64,000 bases of DNA from Balanoglossus misakiensis (Eukaryota > Animalia > Hemichordata). The stretch is from assembly GCA_040954595.2 (NCBI GenBank), contig JBECUI020000025.1, positions 62,001 to 126,000 on the forward strand. Reading direction: 5' to 3'. The notes below the pieces were generated by a model. The model did not search any database. It was not told where the DNA came from and saw only the letters and a list, made by a program, of their open reading frames with translations. The position numbers were made by a program, and so were the translations under genes. Shown here piece by piece: positions 30,041-39,713 of the stretch (positions are counted from its first letter, which is position 1; the number at the start of each line of letters is the position of its first letter).

Positions 30041-31201
30041 TTAGTTGTTCCTTAATAAACGTTTCTCAGACTGTGGAATGGGAAACGAAAGAATAATACA
30101 TGTTCCCTTGCCAACTTCTGAATCAATAAAAATTTCCCCACCGTGCTCTTTCATGATTTTATACACAAAAGTCATACCAAGTCCACTTCCATCTTCGCTG
30201 GTACTGAAATAGGGCTCAAATACCTTATTTGCTATTTCCTTCGTCATTCCCCTTCCTGTATCCTGTATGGATAGTTGTACGGCTCCTTCCGAGACGGTCG
30301 TACTGATAGTAAGATCTCCTCCATCCGGCATAGCTGCCATAGAGTTCTTTACGAGATTCAAAACTACTTGCTTGATATACTGCGTATCCAGAAAGAGACT
30401 AGGAATTTCAGTAGAAAACTGCCGTTTTAAGGCTATTTTGTTTGTCTTCAACTCGTATTTTACAAAATCAAGTGTTTCGGTCATGAGTGCAACAATGTCT
30501 ACCATCTTCTGCGACATGTCCATGGGACGTACAGAGAACAAAAAATCCACTACAATTCTATTAAGCCTGTCCACTTCCTCGTTGACAATATCAATGTAGC
30601 GTTCAAGAAATTTTATATTGATATTCTCCTTGTTTCGAAGAGTTTTCTGCATTAGTTGTACGTGGATGCTAATGGATCCAAGTGGGTTCTTTATCTCATG
30701 GGCAACTCCTGCAGCAAGGGTTGTGAGTGATGCAAGTTTCTCAGCACGACGAAGCTGGATGTCTTGTTGCCGTTTTTGCGTTACATCTTTGATAAACAGC
30801 AAACTTCCTTGAATCGTCCCGGAATGCACTAGGGGGAAGATGCTGCAACTCAAGGTAATGATCCGCCTGCTGGAAGTTTCAAAATTGAAGTCTCTCTCCA
30901 AGACGCGACTATCGGAGAGTAGACTGTCCCGTACAAAGACTGATACTTCATTATCACTTATTGTTTCCCAGATCGTCTGTTTGCCCAAATTGCTTGTATT
31001 AATGCTAAGCATTCTCGTAGCGGGCTTATTGTACAATACGAGTCGATGAATATTATCCGATACTAATACCCCATCATTGAGCGAATCCAATGCCATGGTT
31101 AGTCGCTCATTTTGCATGGCAATATCATAAAACAAGTCATGCACGTGCTTCTCATCAAGTTTATGTAGTTTGCTTATAACACGCGTAATAAAATTATTCA
31201 C
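30041..31201 (-). CDS. Cytoplasmic PAS-domain histidine kinase, Hk2-like
   Basis: PAS (LDSLNDGVLV..YNKPA), AHEIKNPL H-box, N box, DTGRG, FEPYFST, GSGLG; no TM segments. Confidence 0.92.
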   Translation of the reverse strand: MNNFITRVISKLHKLDEKHVHDLFYDIAMQNERLTMALDSLNDGVLVSDNIHRLVLYNKPATRMLSINTSNLGKQTIWETISDNEVSVFVRDSLLSDSRVLERDFNFETSSRRIITLSCSIFPLVHSGTIQGSLLFIKDVTQKRQQDIQLRRAEKLASLTTLAAGVAHEIKNPLGSISIHVQLMQKTLRNKENINIKFLERYIDIVNEEVDRLNRIVVDFLFSVRPMDMSQKMVDIVALMTETLDFVKYELKTNKIALKRQFSTEIPSLFLDTQYIKQVVLNLVKNSMAAMPDGGDLTISTTVSEGAVQLSIQDTGRGMTKEIANKVFEPYFSTSEDGSGLGMTFVYKIMKEHGGEIFIDSEVGKGTCIILSFPIPQSEKRLLRNN

Positions 31202-32343
31202 CTAATTATCCTTTGACAACAGTAATATAATGTTTCAAGTGCCTGTTCAGGGCGTATATTCATGCTGCGTATCCGATGAATACAGATCCGAACCTGTTCC
31301 CAACAGAGGGTTATCCGATACAACTCGCTTTTTTCTGCCTTTCGAAGTACGCTACGGAAATACTCGGAGAGCTCATACATTCCTGTCAAAAAGAGTTCCT
31401 TACTGTTGTCTTCCTTTATGGCACTGACACAGGCAAAAAATTGTTCCCTAGTTCCGCTGCCGAGAAGAGTCTCTGCAAGTTCTTTGCCGAGTTGAACAGG
31501 GGATGTTTGAAACGTCTGACTATACATGAGGGAACGCAGATTGCTCTCATCGGACTTAAAAACCGATTTCAGAAGTTCCGCTTCTTCATGAGGTCTTCGC
31601 GGAAGGAGTCGAAACCGGCGCAAGCGCGAATACAGAGATTCAAGCAAGGTACTGCCCTGTCTCGTAGTAAAAATAAAATATACGGACTCTGGGGGTTCTT
31701 CAATTATTTTTAACAAGGCATTGGAACTTGATTGTTGTAGTTCATCAGCGTTTTCTATAATAAAAACACGAACCCCGAGAGATGCGGTGTAATGTGCTTG
31801 GGTAATGCTGTTGCGCACTGCCGCAATGGGTATGAGATCCTTGGGAAGCTCGGCAATAAGACGGTAGGAAGATGGCAGCATCCCCTTGCGGATCATTGTT
31901 CGATGGCTGAGATCCTGTATGACATCCTCCAACTCTTCAATGAGATCACTAACCTTTTTTTCGTTCGATCGTGTCTCCCATATTCGCGGATCAAAGCGAC
32001 AAATAAGGTTACGCAGTGCATGAATCAGCAGGGGAATGAGTGCCGGATCTTTCTGAGCAAGATTATGTGCAAGGGTAATGTCGGAATAGAATGAGCGTCT
32101 GCCGAGAATAACAAGGGAATAATTCTGACGATTTCGATTACTGGTACATGATGTACAGGTACAATCATACCTGCTCTCCGTCTCCTCTAAGCAGCATAGT
32201 TGTCGTGCTATCTCTAAAGCAATTGTAAGTTTACCGCTATATGGTAATCCTTCCAGTATTGTCGCATGGGGAAACTGCTTGTTGCGTACCATACGGGATA
32301 GATTTTCGACTAATTGCTGATGACCAATAATATGTTCAAACAT
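31198..32343 (-). CDS. DNA polymerase III delta'-like clamp-loader subunit
   Basis: FEHIIGH, GLPYSGKLT, Zn-like Cys cluster, NALLKIIEEPP, SR motif. Confidence 0.75.
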   Translation of the reverse strand: MFEHIIGHQQLVENLSRMVRNKQFPHATILEGLPYSGKLTIALEIARQLCCLEETESRYDCTCTSCTSNRNRQNYSLVILGRRSFYSDITLAHNLAQKDPALIPLLIHALRNLICRFDPRIWETRSNEKKVSDLIEELEDVIQDLSHRTMIRKGMLPSSYRLIAELPKDLIPIAAVRNSITQAHYTASLGVRVFIIENADELQQSSSNALLKIIEEPPESVYFIFTTRQGSTLLESLYSRLRRFRLLPRRPHEEAELLKSVFKSDESNLRSLMYSQTFQTSPVQLGKELAETLLGSGTREQFFACVSAIKEDNSKELFLTGMYELSEYFRSVLRKAEKSELYRITLCWEQVRICIHRIRSMNIRPEQALETLYYCCQRIIR

Positions 32344-32344
32344 A

Positions 32345-32821
32345 TCAAGTCCATCCCCATTCTTTTATCAGATCGGTAAATAGCGTAATGACAGGAAGCC
32401 CTAAGCGCATGGCTATACTGTCCTGTACGATCTCTCGTATGAATTCCCAAGACAGTAACTGAGCAAACACTAATAGAAAGAGTATCAACAGGCATCCCTT
32501 TACTATTCCTACAAAAAAACCGAGTGCATTATCCAGAGAAGTCAGATTCAGATGACTTACAAGTCCAAGCAGCATTCCTTGAATAAGTTTCATAAGAATG
32601 TATACCAGAAGGAATATGGCAAGAAAGGCAATAAGATGTGCAAAGATTCCGCTGTAAAAATCACTAATTACCGCCTTAAATCTACCTGCAAAAAGCGTTG
32701 CTATAATGAGACCGCCAAAGATTGCGGCAGTAGAGAATATTTCCCAGATAAAACCGCGCATAATACCACGAATTGCAGTAAAAATAAGAATTATTAGACA
32801 AACAATGTCAAACAGTTGCAC
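32345..32821 (-). CDS. cvpA: CvpA (colicin V production) family membrane protein
   Basis: RGIMRGFIWE, LDNALGFFVG; 4 TM helices. Confidence 0.85.
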   Translation of the reverse strand: MQLFDIVCLIILIFTAIRGIMRGFIWEIFSTAAIFGGLIIATLFAGRFKAVISDFYSGIFAHLIAFLAIFLLVYILMKLIQGMLLGLVSHLNLTSLDNALGFFVGIVKGCLLILFLLVFAQLLSWEFIREIVQDSIAMRLGLPVITLFTDLIKEWGWT

Positions 32822-33890
32822 CTGGCCTTCCTTGATTTACAATAAGATCAGATATGTAGCTTGCCGATTTGGGCAATGCCAATGAATGGGCTTGCTTGCT
32901 CATAGTTTGTAATGCATGCGAATTATCCAGCAATTCTCGAATAGCTGCCAATAATTCCTCTGCTTTAGGCTGTATCAAAATCGTAGCGGCACCACTCTGT
33001 GCATAACTCCGGGCATTACTTATTTGTTCCCCTCTACTTGCATGTGCCAAAGGAATGAGAATAGCAGGTTTGCCCAATAATGCCAGTTCACTGAGCATGC
33101 CGGCTCCTGCTCGGCATATAACAAGATCTGCGCTTGCCAGCATCTGTGCATAGTCTTCATAAAAGAATGGACGCGGAATATAATTGTAGTTTGTTTCGGT
33201 ACAGGGAACATTACTATTGCCGTACTGATGCAAGACCACTGCCATCTTTGTCAGTTCCGCATACAACTCGGCAACAAGCCCGTTGAGTTCTGCAGCACCG
33301 CTGCTCCCGCCAATAACCGCTAAACATGGTCGGTCTGCTACTTTCCACAGCCTCTCTCCGGTAAGCATGCTCGTGCGAACTGGATTTCCAGTCAGTACAG
33401 AACGGGCAATGTACCGCTTGGGGAGATAGGTCGTAGTATCCTGCCAAGAAATGCATATACTACGCGCAAGGGGGAGACAGAGTCCTGTTGCAAGTCCCGG
33501 TTGGTAATCCGATTCATGAATAATAACCGGAATACGTAAACAGGCAGCAGCAAAGACTACCGGTACACTGACATATCCGCCCTTTGAAAAAACAAGGGCC
33601 GGACGTCTCTTTAATAAATAAAACACCGAAAGCAAAAAACCGGCTACAACTAAAAACACATCACAGACATTTTTCCAAGAAAAATACCTACGTAGTTTTC
33701 CTGCCGGGATCGATATCTGTTGTATAGCATGTCTTCGTAAAATTTCCCGCTCCATTCCGCCTCTGGATGAAATCCAGCAGACTTGCACTTCTTTCGGCAA
33801 GGCATTAATAATAGCAAGGCCGGGAAAGACATGTCCCCCCGTACCGCCTCCTGTAAAAACAATATACATTTTTGCATCACTTACTTGCAT
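32808..33890 (-). CDS. murG: UDP-GlcNAc:lipid I GlcNAc transferase
   Basis: TGGGTGGHVFP, GKLRRY, KGGYVS, HESD, TGNPVR, GGSSGA, RAGAG, EQ..NA. Confidence 0.95.
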   Translation of the reverse strand: MQVSDAKMYIVFTGGGTGGHVFPGLAIINALPKEVQVCWISSRGGMEREILRRHAIQQISIPAGKLRRYFSWKNVCDVFLVVAGFLLSVFYLLKRRPALVFSKGGYVSVPVVFAAACLRIPVIIHESDYQPGLATGLCLPLARSICISWQDTTTYLPKRYIARSVLTGNPVRTSMLTGERLWKVADRPCLAVIGGSSGAAELNGLVAELYAELTKMAVVLHQYGNSNVPCTETNYNYIPRPFFYEDYAQMLASADLVICRAGAGMLSELALLGKPAILIPLAHASRGEQISNARSYAQSGAATILIQPKAEELLAAIRELLDNSHALQTMSKQAHSLALPKSASYISDLIVNQGRPGATV

Positions 33891-34090
33891 AAAGAACGTA
33901 CTCCCTACATATTATACTCTTTACACCATATAATTCAATACTGCACGTCTTTCGTTATTAGGTTGTTTACTCCTGTGCCTCATGCCGGCATGATATAAAA
34001 TAAGCCCCACCCGTAATTTCGAAGTAATTGTTGTCCTTTGTTCCCGCCGGCAGACTGAACTTCGGATTTCCCAGCTGTCCGGACAGGGTA

Positions 34091-34755
34091 CTATTCTGTG
34101 CGGAGTATGACAATTTCTTGATTCGCAGCATCCCTTCGCCAGGTCGTTATAAAAAATGAGGACCCGGGATTCTCTATTACTATGGCATCTGCCTGATCAA
34201 TGGTAGCAAGTTCATTCCCCAATCCATCTACAATATTCCCGTCTGCATCATTGGTATACCCCAACTGAATAACTTCATCAATAGCAAGCACTCGTGAAAG
34301 AATGAGAACAACAGTAGTAACCGGATTGGATGATAACTCTACCGTTGCTATACTAAGATCTGCGGTGGCACTCGTGCTGATACCAAAATTACTTCCCTCC
34401 GCACTCCCGCTCACATATTCGGATATCTGTAAGCTAATACGGTATTGATAATCTCGTACTGAATGGATACTTCCGCCTGTATATTATGACTGACATCAAA
34501 GACAGCATCCGCATGACCCACTTCAAGATTACTCAGAGTATAGCCGAGGGTATAGCTCTTCGTGGTGATTGTCTCAGACAATGCTATGGGAGTACTCAAC
34601 TGCTCTCCATCTAGCTGGGTAGTAATTGTTACCGTGTAACTTGTTGCTGCTTCCAAGTCCGGTACCGTATAGGTGATAATCCCCTCTGCATTCGGGGTGA
34701 GGTCGTTTGCAAGAAGCGGGTGTTCATGCTTTTGTTCCGCTTCCTGTTCGGGCAC
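34091..34755 (-). pseudogene. Fragments of a beta-rich surface protein (Fn3/Ig-like repeats)
   Basis: Two overlapping ORFs. YTVPDLEAATSYTVTI is Fn3-like; VVLILSR..IQLGYT..IVDGLGNELA resembles adhesin repeats; ends just after FITTW; no intact N-terminus. Confidence 0.5.
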
Positions 34756-34792
34756 AGCTATATCCGATACTACAGATAAGAAGTCTGTGGGA

Positions 34793-35392
34793 TTACAACG
34801 TTAGTAATTTCTTCGGAGCATGCAGTTCGGCATTCCCGTCCTTCCCTTGGGTAAGGACAAAGAGCCCCTTCTTGCGTGCATAATTCTCCAAGTCCGGTTT
34901 GACTACCAATGCTCCTATCCCGGCGTATATTGTATGATGCTTATATTCCGGAAAAGATGACTTAAATCTCGGCAGTTGCTCGTTACAGAACCCATCGATG
35001 TCATCCTTACAGAGCTTGTTCTTTATCTCAAAGACAACTACTTTCTGTCTATTGACGGCAACAAGGTCGAATTCCGATTTATTATCGCGTTTCATTCGTG
35101 TAATAATTTCCGTGTCATGAATGTGGGCACCTGCCAATAGACCGGATACGTTTCGCCGAAAAAGATCTTCGGCAACATCTCCTTGCACCGATCCTACTCC
35201 TGCGAGAATCTTATTTGTATTGTCAATACTTTCTCTGAGTGCTGCAATCCCTTTGTCGGTCTTTGCCATCTGCTCATCGGTCTTTGCCATCTGCTCATCG
35301 GTCTTTGCTTGCTTTTCACCAAGTGCTGTTATCTTTTCACCGACCGCTGCAAAGAGTTTCTTTAATTCATCAATAGTTGGGACCTGTTCCAT
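34793..35392 (-). CDS. Coiled-coil heptad-repeat protein with C-terminal PD-(D/E)XK nuclease-like domain (DUF3782-like)
   Basis: KTDEQMA repeats; G..AE, EFDLVAVN, VFEIK; SD AAGGAGG. Confidence 0.7.
   Translation of the reverse strand: MEQVPTIDELKKLFAAVGEKITALGEKQAKTDEQMAKTDEQMAKTDKGIAALRESIDNTNKILAGVGSVQGDVAEDLFRRNVSGLLAGAHIHDTEIITRMKRDNKSEFDLVAVNRQKVVVFEIKNKLCKDDIDGFCNEQLPRFKSSFPEYKHHTIYAGIGALVVKPDLENYARKKGLFVLTQGKDGNAELHAPKKLLTL
35256..35308. repeat. Coding 21-bp tandem repeat, 2.5 copies
   Basis: tcggtctttgccatctgctca at 35256 and 35277, partial copy at 35298. Confidence 0.95.
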
Positions 35393-35484
35393 AGTTCCTC
35401 CTTATGCTATCGTAAAACATTGGAATTGTCAATTTATTATATTTATGTATACATAGAAAATTGTTTGATTGATTCAAAATTTAA

Positions 35485-35793
35485 TTGCTTGTAATAAAAA
35501 ATTTTGTTGCTCTGCCTTTTTCATTTCTTAGAAAATACAGCAGACGCATGTCAGCCCTGCACTTGCATGACAACAGGGGGAGTACTGATGACCATCTTCT
35601 TCCAGGCGCTGGGAATATTAACTGGGACAGCGTAGCAGAGCTGATAGCGCTTTCTTCCTATCAACTCCCTTTGAATTTTGAGACCCCGCCTGAAAGGTAT
35701 TCTCTGAAACGAGCTGCTTTCTACGAGCAGGCATTTGAATCTATCAGAACTATTACAGAAAAAGTTTTGAAAGCCAGAAGGAAACTTACATGA
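35485..35793 (+). pseudogene. C-terminal fragment of a sugar-phosphate isomerase/epimerase (AP endonuclease 2 TIM barrel)
   Basis: LHLHDNRGSTDDHLLPGAGNINW...LNFET; N-terminal two thirds are missing. Confidence 0.7.
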
Positions 35794-36092
35794 ACATCGG
35801 TATCAGTCTCAGAACCTTCACCCTAAATCTGATCGATAGCTATATCGAAGAAATCAGGGGAAGCGAAAACGATTTTGCAATTACTCATTTTGAAGTTAAC
35901 TACGTCAGCGCTAACTTGGGATACGCTTGGCAGAAAGGATATTTAGATGGGCTGGCAGAGCGTATCGCTGATAATGATTTAGAAGCTACAATTCATTTTC
36001 CAAGCTTTAATTTGTCGGAGCCCAATGAAAAAATTCAGAAGGTAATAATCCAGGAATTTAAAGATATGCTGGAGTATGCCCAACGCATATGA
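35790..36092 (+). pseudogene. Probable N-terminal fragment of a second TIM-barrel isomerase/epimerase
   Basis: MNIGIS..HFEVN..TIHFPSFNLSEPNEKI; stops at 100 aa; ATGA overlap with the previous fragment. Confidence 0.5.
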
Positions 36093-36351
36093 AACTCCAA
36101 TCCGGAAGGATGAAAATTTTATAAATAAAATGAACAAAGATCTGGTGCAGACGTTTTATTATTGCAGCAAGTTGATTAAGGTCGCCGCAAAAACTCCAAT
36201 AGCTTACAAATGCTTTCCCTCCGTTGTTCAACTGTCAGTTTTCCATTCTCTGATAACTTATCCATAGATTTAACATAACATTTAAATTGTATTTTCCACA
36301 AGTTTCAAGGGGTTTAATAAGAACCCTTCCGAAGTCCTTTTCTGTTCTTCA

Positions 36352-36380
36352 TTGACTTTAGTAGCCTAGTGCTTTAGTCT
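36352..36380 (+). promoter_or_regulatory. sigma70 promoter of gdhA
   Basis: TTGACT-17 bp-TAGTCT; AAAGGAG SD at about 36404. Confidence 0.55.
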
Positions 36381-36418
36381 GACAAGACTGGAACCACCGG
36401 AATAAAGGAGATTTATAG

Positions 36419-37762
36419 ATGCTTGGTTACGTTAAGGACGTATATGACAAACTTGCGGGGAAGCACCCCTGGGAACGGGAGTTTCTGCAGGCCGTGCAGG
36501 AGGTTTTTGAATCGCTTGCCCTCCTGATGGAAGATAATCCACGCTATCGGAAGCACCGTATTCTCGAGCGGCTGATTGAGCCTGAACGGATTATTCTTTT
36601 CCGGATTCCCTGGACAGACGACCGGGGAGACGTGCAGGTCAACAGCGGGTATCGGGTGGAGTTCAACAGCGCGCTCGGCCCTTACAAGGGGGGGTTGCGC
36701 TTTCATCCTTCGGTGAATCTGGGGATCTTAAAATTTCTGGGCTTTGAGCAGATCTTCAAAAACAGCCTTACGGGCCTTCCTCTCGGCGGCGGAAAAGGCG
36801 GCAGCGATTTCGACCCCAAGGGCAAAAGCGACGGCGAGGTGATGCGGTTCTGCCAGGCATTAATGGACGAACTCTACCGGCATATCGGTCCTGATACCGA
36901 TGTGCCCGCCGGGGATATCGGCGTCGGGGGGCGGGAAATCGGATATATGTTCGGTCGTTATAAAAAGCTCAAGAACGCTTTTGAGGGAGTGCTGACCGGC
37001 AAGGGGCGCAATTGGGGAGGCAGCCTCATCCGGCCGGAGGCCACGGGTTACGGAACGGTGTACTTCGCTCAGGCCATGCTGGCTACCCGTTCCGAGTCAT
37101 TCGAGGGTCGGAAGGCGCTCATTTCCGGTTCGGGTAACGTCGCCCAGTTCGCCGCCGAAAAGATCCTGGAACTGGGTGGTATTCCGATCTCGCTTTCCGA
37201 TGCCGCCGGATCGATAATCGATGAGGAAGGCATCACCCGGGAGAAGCTGGAATGGGTTAAGGAACTCAAGAATCAGCGGCGCGGACGGATTAAGGAGTAC
37301 GCCGACGAGTTCGGTGCGAAATACTATGAAGGCAGACGCCCATGGGGACTTGCCGCGGCCGAAGTGGCGATGCCCTGTGCCACCCAGAACGAGATCAGCA
37401 AAGACGAGGCCTTGGACCTGGTGAAGCAGGGATGTCTATGCGTCTCCGAAGGGGCCAACATGCCAACCGAACCAGGGGCAGTGGAGGTCTTCCAGAACAA
37501 TAAGGTGCTCTTCGGGCCGGGAAAGGCGGCCAACGCTGGCGGTGTGGCGGTATCCGGACTGGAAATGACCCAGAACAGCATGAGGCTCTCCTGGAGCCGG
37601 GAGGAAGTAGACACCCACCTGCACCGCATTATGGACGAAATCCACGCGGACTGTGTCGCTGCATCTGCGAAGGTGGGCACCGAGGGGAATTATGTCATCG
37701 GGGCCAATGTCGCCGCTTTCCGCAAGGTGGCCGATGCAATGATAGATCAGGGGGTGGTATAG
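36419..37762 (+). CDS. gdhA: NADP-specific glutamate dehydrogenase
   Basis: [64 protein letters not shown]. Confidence 0.98.
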   Translation: MLGYVKDVYDKLAGKHPWEREFLQAVQEVFESLALLMEDNPRYRKHRILERLIEPERIILFRIPWTDDRGDVQVNSGYRVEFNSALGPYKGGLRFHPSVNLGILKFLGFEQIFKNSLTGLPLGGGKGGSDFDPKGKSDGEVMRFCQALMDELYRHIGPDTDVPAGDIGVGGREIGYMFGRYKKLKNAFEGVLTGKGRNWGGSLIRPEATGYGTVYFAQAMLATRSESFEGRKALISGSGNVAQFAAEKILELGGIPISLSDAAGSIIDEEGITREKLEWVKELKNQRRGRIKEYADEFGAKYYEGRRPWGLAAAEVAMPCATQNEISKDEALDLVKQGCLCVSEGANMPTEPGAVEVFQNNKVLFGPGKAANAGGVAVSGLEMTQNSMRLSWSREEVDTHLHRIMDEIHADCVAASAKVGTEGNYVIGANVAAFRKVADAMIDQGVV

Positions 37763-37956
37763 GCCTGGCCTATACTGGAACGAAGCCCAAGCTACCTGAT
37801 TCTGTCGGAAAGTACCGTATAAGTGTTCAAAGTGTAGGAAATATTCTTATTGAATATACTATGCCGACTGAATACGTTCTTTACACTTATACGATACGTT
37901 TATTTCTGAACAGATCACACTTGCTTCTTGATATAATTTACTATATAATATCAGGT

Positions 37957-38724
37957 ATGAGAATAAAAATAATACCAGTTTTAATGCTTTTTTCTGCTAT
38001 TATAATTCATGCTCAAGATCTATTAAATGAACAGATAAATTCATATCTGCACAGTGCTGAAGTAACTCTCATGCCTCAGGACAGCTATTATGCTGACGAA
38101 ATACGCAATTCTTTTCTGGAGGCTAATATCGGTGCTGAGTTGTACTTTACAATTCCTTTACCGGCTGGTCTCGGTAACAATGAACAATTCAGGCTTGCTG
38201 TATACAAGGCTCTGCGGGCAGTCCACAGTATGAAAGGCATAACATACTACTCGACTGCGTTAAAAAAAACAGATGTACTATTTACGAATATACAGGTTTA
38301 CCGGAGTGAAACAATTCACTTACCAGCAAATGTTCCTAAAATACAGATCCCACCCGCCCCTAAAGATTCCTTCATTACTTCCACGTGGGCTAATGACATT
38401 GGAGGTCAAGGTATCTACAAGATGACCTACCAGTACAACAACAATGAGTTCCTGGTAAGCATGACAAACGTGAATACTCTCATGATTTTTCTGTTTCCCC
38501 TCTCCTTACCCAATACCAACCATTTCCATATACTGTTTCGGGTTTATGATGATGAAATTGAAGTATACGTAAACAATGGGCTCGATAATCTGCTACTGAT
38601 AACAGCCGGAGTCATTGCCCCAACTGAGACGGTGCTTGCCGGTCTTGTACATAGAGAACGTGCAATAGCACGTTGGGCAGACTCGCAAGTTAAAAAAGAA
38701 ATAGAAAAGTTTTCGGGGGGATAG
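37957..38724 (+). CDS. Exported hypothetical protein, paralogue 1 (resembles a spirochaete DUF6675-type family)
   Basis: Signal peptide MRIKIIPVLMLFSAIIIHA; clearly similar to the next ORF (QDLLNEQ, MKGITYYS, NHFHIL, VHRERAI). Confidence 0.7.
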   Translation: MRIKIIPVLMLFSAIIIHAQDLLNEQINSYLHSAEVTLMPQDSYYADEIRNSFLEANIGAELYFTIPLPAGLGNNEQFRLAVYKALRAVHSMKGITYYSTALKKTDVLFTNIQVYRSETIHLPANVPKIQIPPAPKDSFITSTWANDIGGQGIYKMTYQYNNNEFLVSMTNVNTLMIFLFPLSLPNTNHFHILFRVYDDEIEVYVNNGLDNLLLITAGVIAPTETVLAGLVHRERAIARWADSQVKKEIEKFSGG

Positions 38725-38831
38725 TTTAAGCTATCTTGCAGCGTACATTGCCTGCAAGAAATCGCTAATATTAAAAAAAAAGCATAGTACATCTTGTTTT
38801 TTTTTTTTGCTTACTGTATATATACTCACAT

Positions 38832-39596
38832 ATGAATATTAAATTTTTTTGTCTAACAATGCTTTTGATTGCAAGTGTACATGGTTATAGCCAAGATTTA
38901 CTGAATGAACAGGTCAATACCTACCTTTATACTTCCGAATTTTCTTTAATGCCTCAAGAAACTTATTTTGCAGACGAAATACAGAATTCGCTCAGTAACA
39001 CAAATATTGGCGCAGAGTTTCGTTTCACACTTCCTTTGCCGGCAGAGCTTGGCAAAAATCCAAGATTTCGATTTGACGTGTACAATGCCCTGCGAAATAT
39101 GCGCAGCTTGAAAGGAATTCAATACTATTCAACCCTTACCCAGGAGATAGACGTGTTATTTACCACTGCGTACACTTTGAAGAGTTTTGAAGATCAAAAA
39201 GTAATAAAAGATCAGTTCGTAGCATTTCCGCCGCCCCCTGTAGATTCTATCCTTGCTGTTATACGGGCTAATGACCTCAGTGGTCGGGTTCTCTACAATT
39301 TAACCTACCGCTATAACAATGATGAACTACTATTAACCCTAACAAATGCAAACACCTTGTACTTTGTTATGTTCCCCCTATCCACACCTGATACCAACCA
39401 CTTCCATATACTGCTCCAGTTTCATGATGATGAAATTGAAGTGTATATAAATAACGGCTTGAATAATTTGATTCTAGCAACGACTGAGGTTCTCGCCCCA
39501 ACCGAGATGGTACTTGGTGGCTTTGTACATAGAGAACGTGCAATATCCCGTTGGATTAACTCACAGATCCAAAAGGAAATAAAAAAGCATTCGTAA
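38832..39596 (+). CDS. Exported hypothetical protein, paralogue 2
   Basis: Signal peptide; QDLLNEQ, LKGIQYYS, NHFHIL, VHRERAI shared with paralogue 1. Confidence 0.75.
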   Translation: MNIKFFCLTMLLIASVHGYSQDLLNEQVNTYLYTSEFSLMPQETYFADEIQNSLSNTNIGAEFRFTLPLPAELGKNPRFRFDVYNALRNMRSLKGIQYYSTLTQEIDVLFTTAYTLKSFEDQKVIKDQFVAFPPPPVDSILAVIRANDLSGRVLYNLTYRYNNDELLLTLTNANTLYFVMFPLSTPDTNHFHILLQFHDDEIEVYINNGLNNLILATTEVLAPTEMVLGGFVHRERAISRWINSQIQKEIKKHS

Positions 39597-39713
39597 GAAT
39601 TAATGACCTCAAAGGGTAACCATACTTAAAGAAGTTTGATATGATAAAGCCATCTACTTGGTACTGTTGCATATCAGATTGAACAACCAATAAAGTAATG
39701 AGGAGAGACTACT

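Noticed and set aside
34000-39600. Prophage, IS or integrative element explaining the accessory patch
   Set aside because: No integrase, transposase, phage gene, flanking tRNA or direct repeats are recognisable.
39600-39713. Pho box or sigma54 site (TTGGTACTGTTGCA) upstream of pstS
   Set aside because: GG-GC spacing is 7 rather than 10, and no convincing 11-bp-period direct repeats were found.
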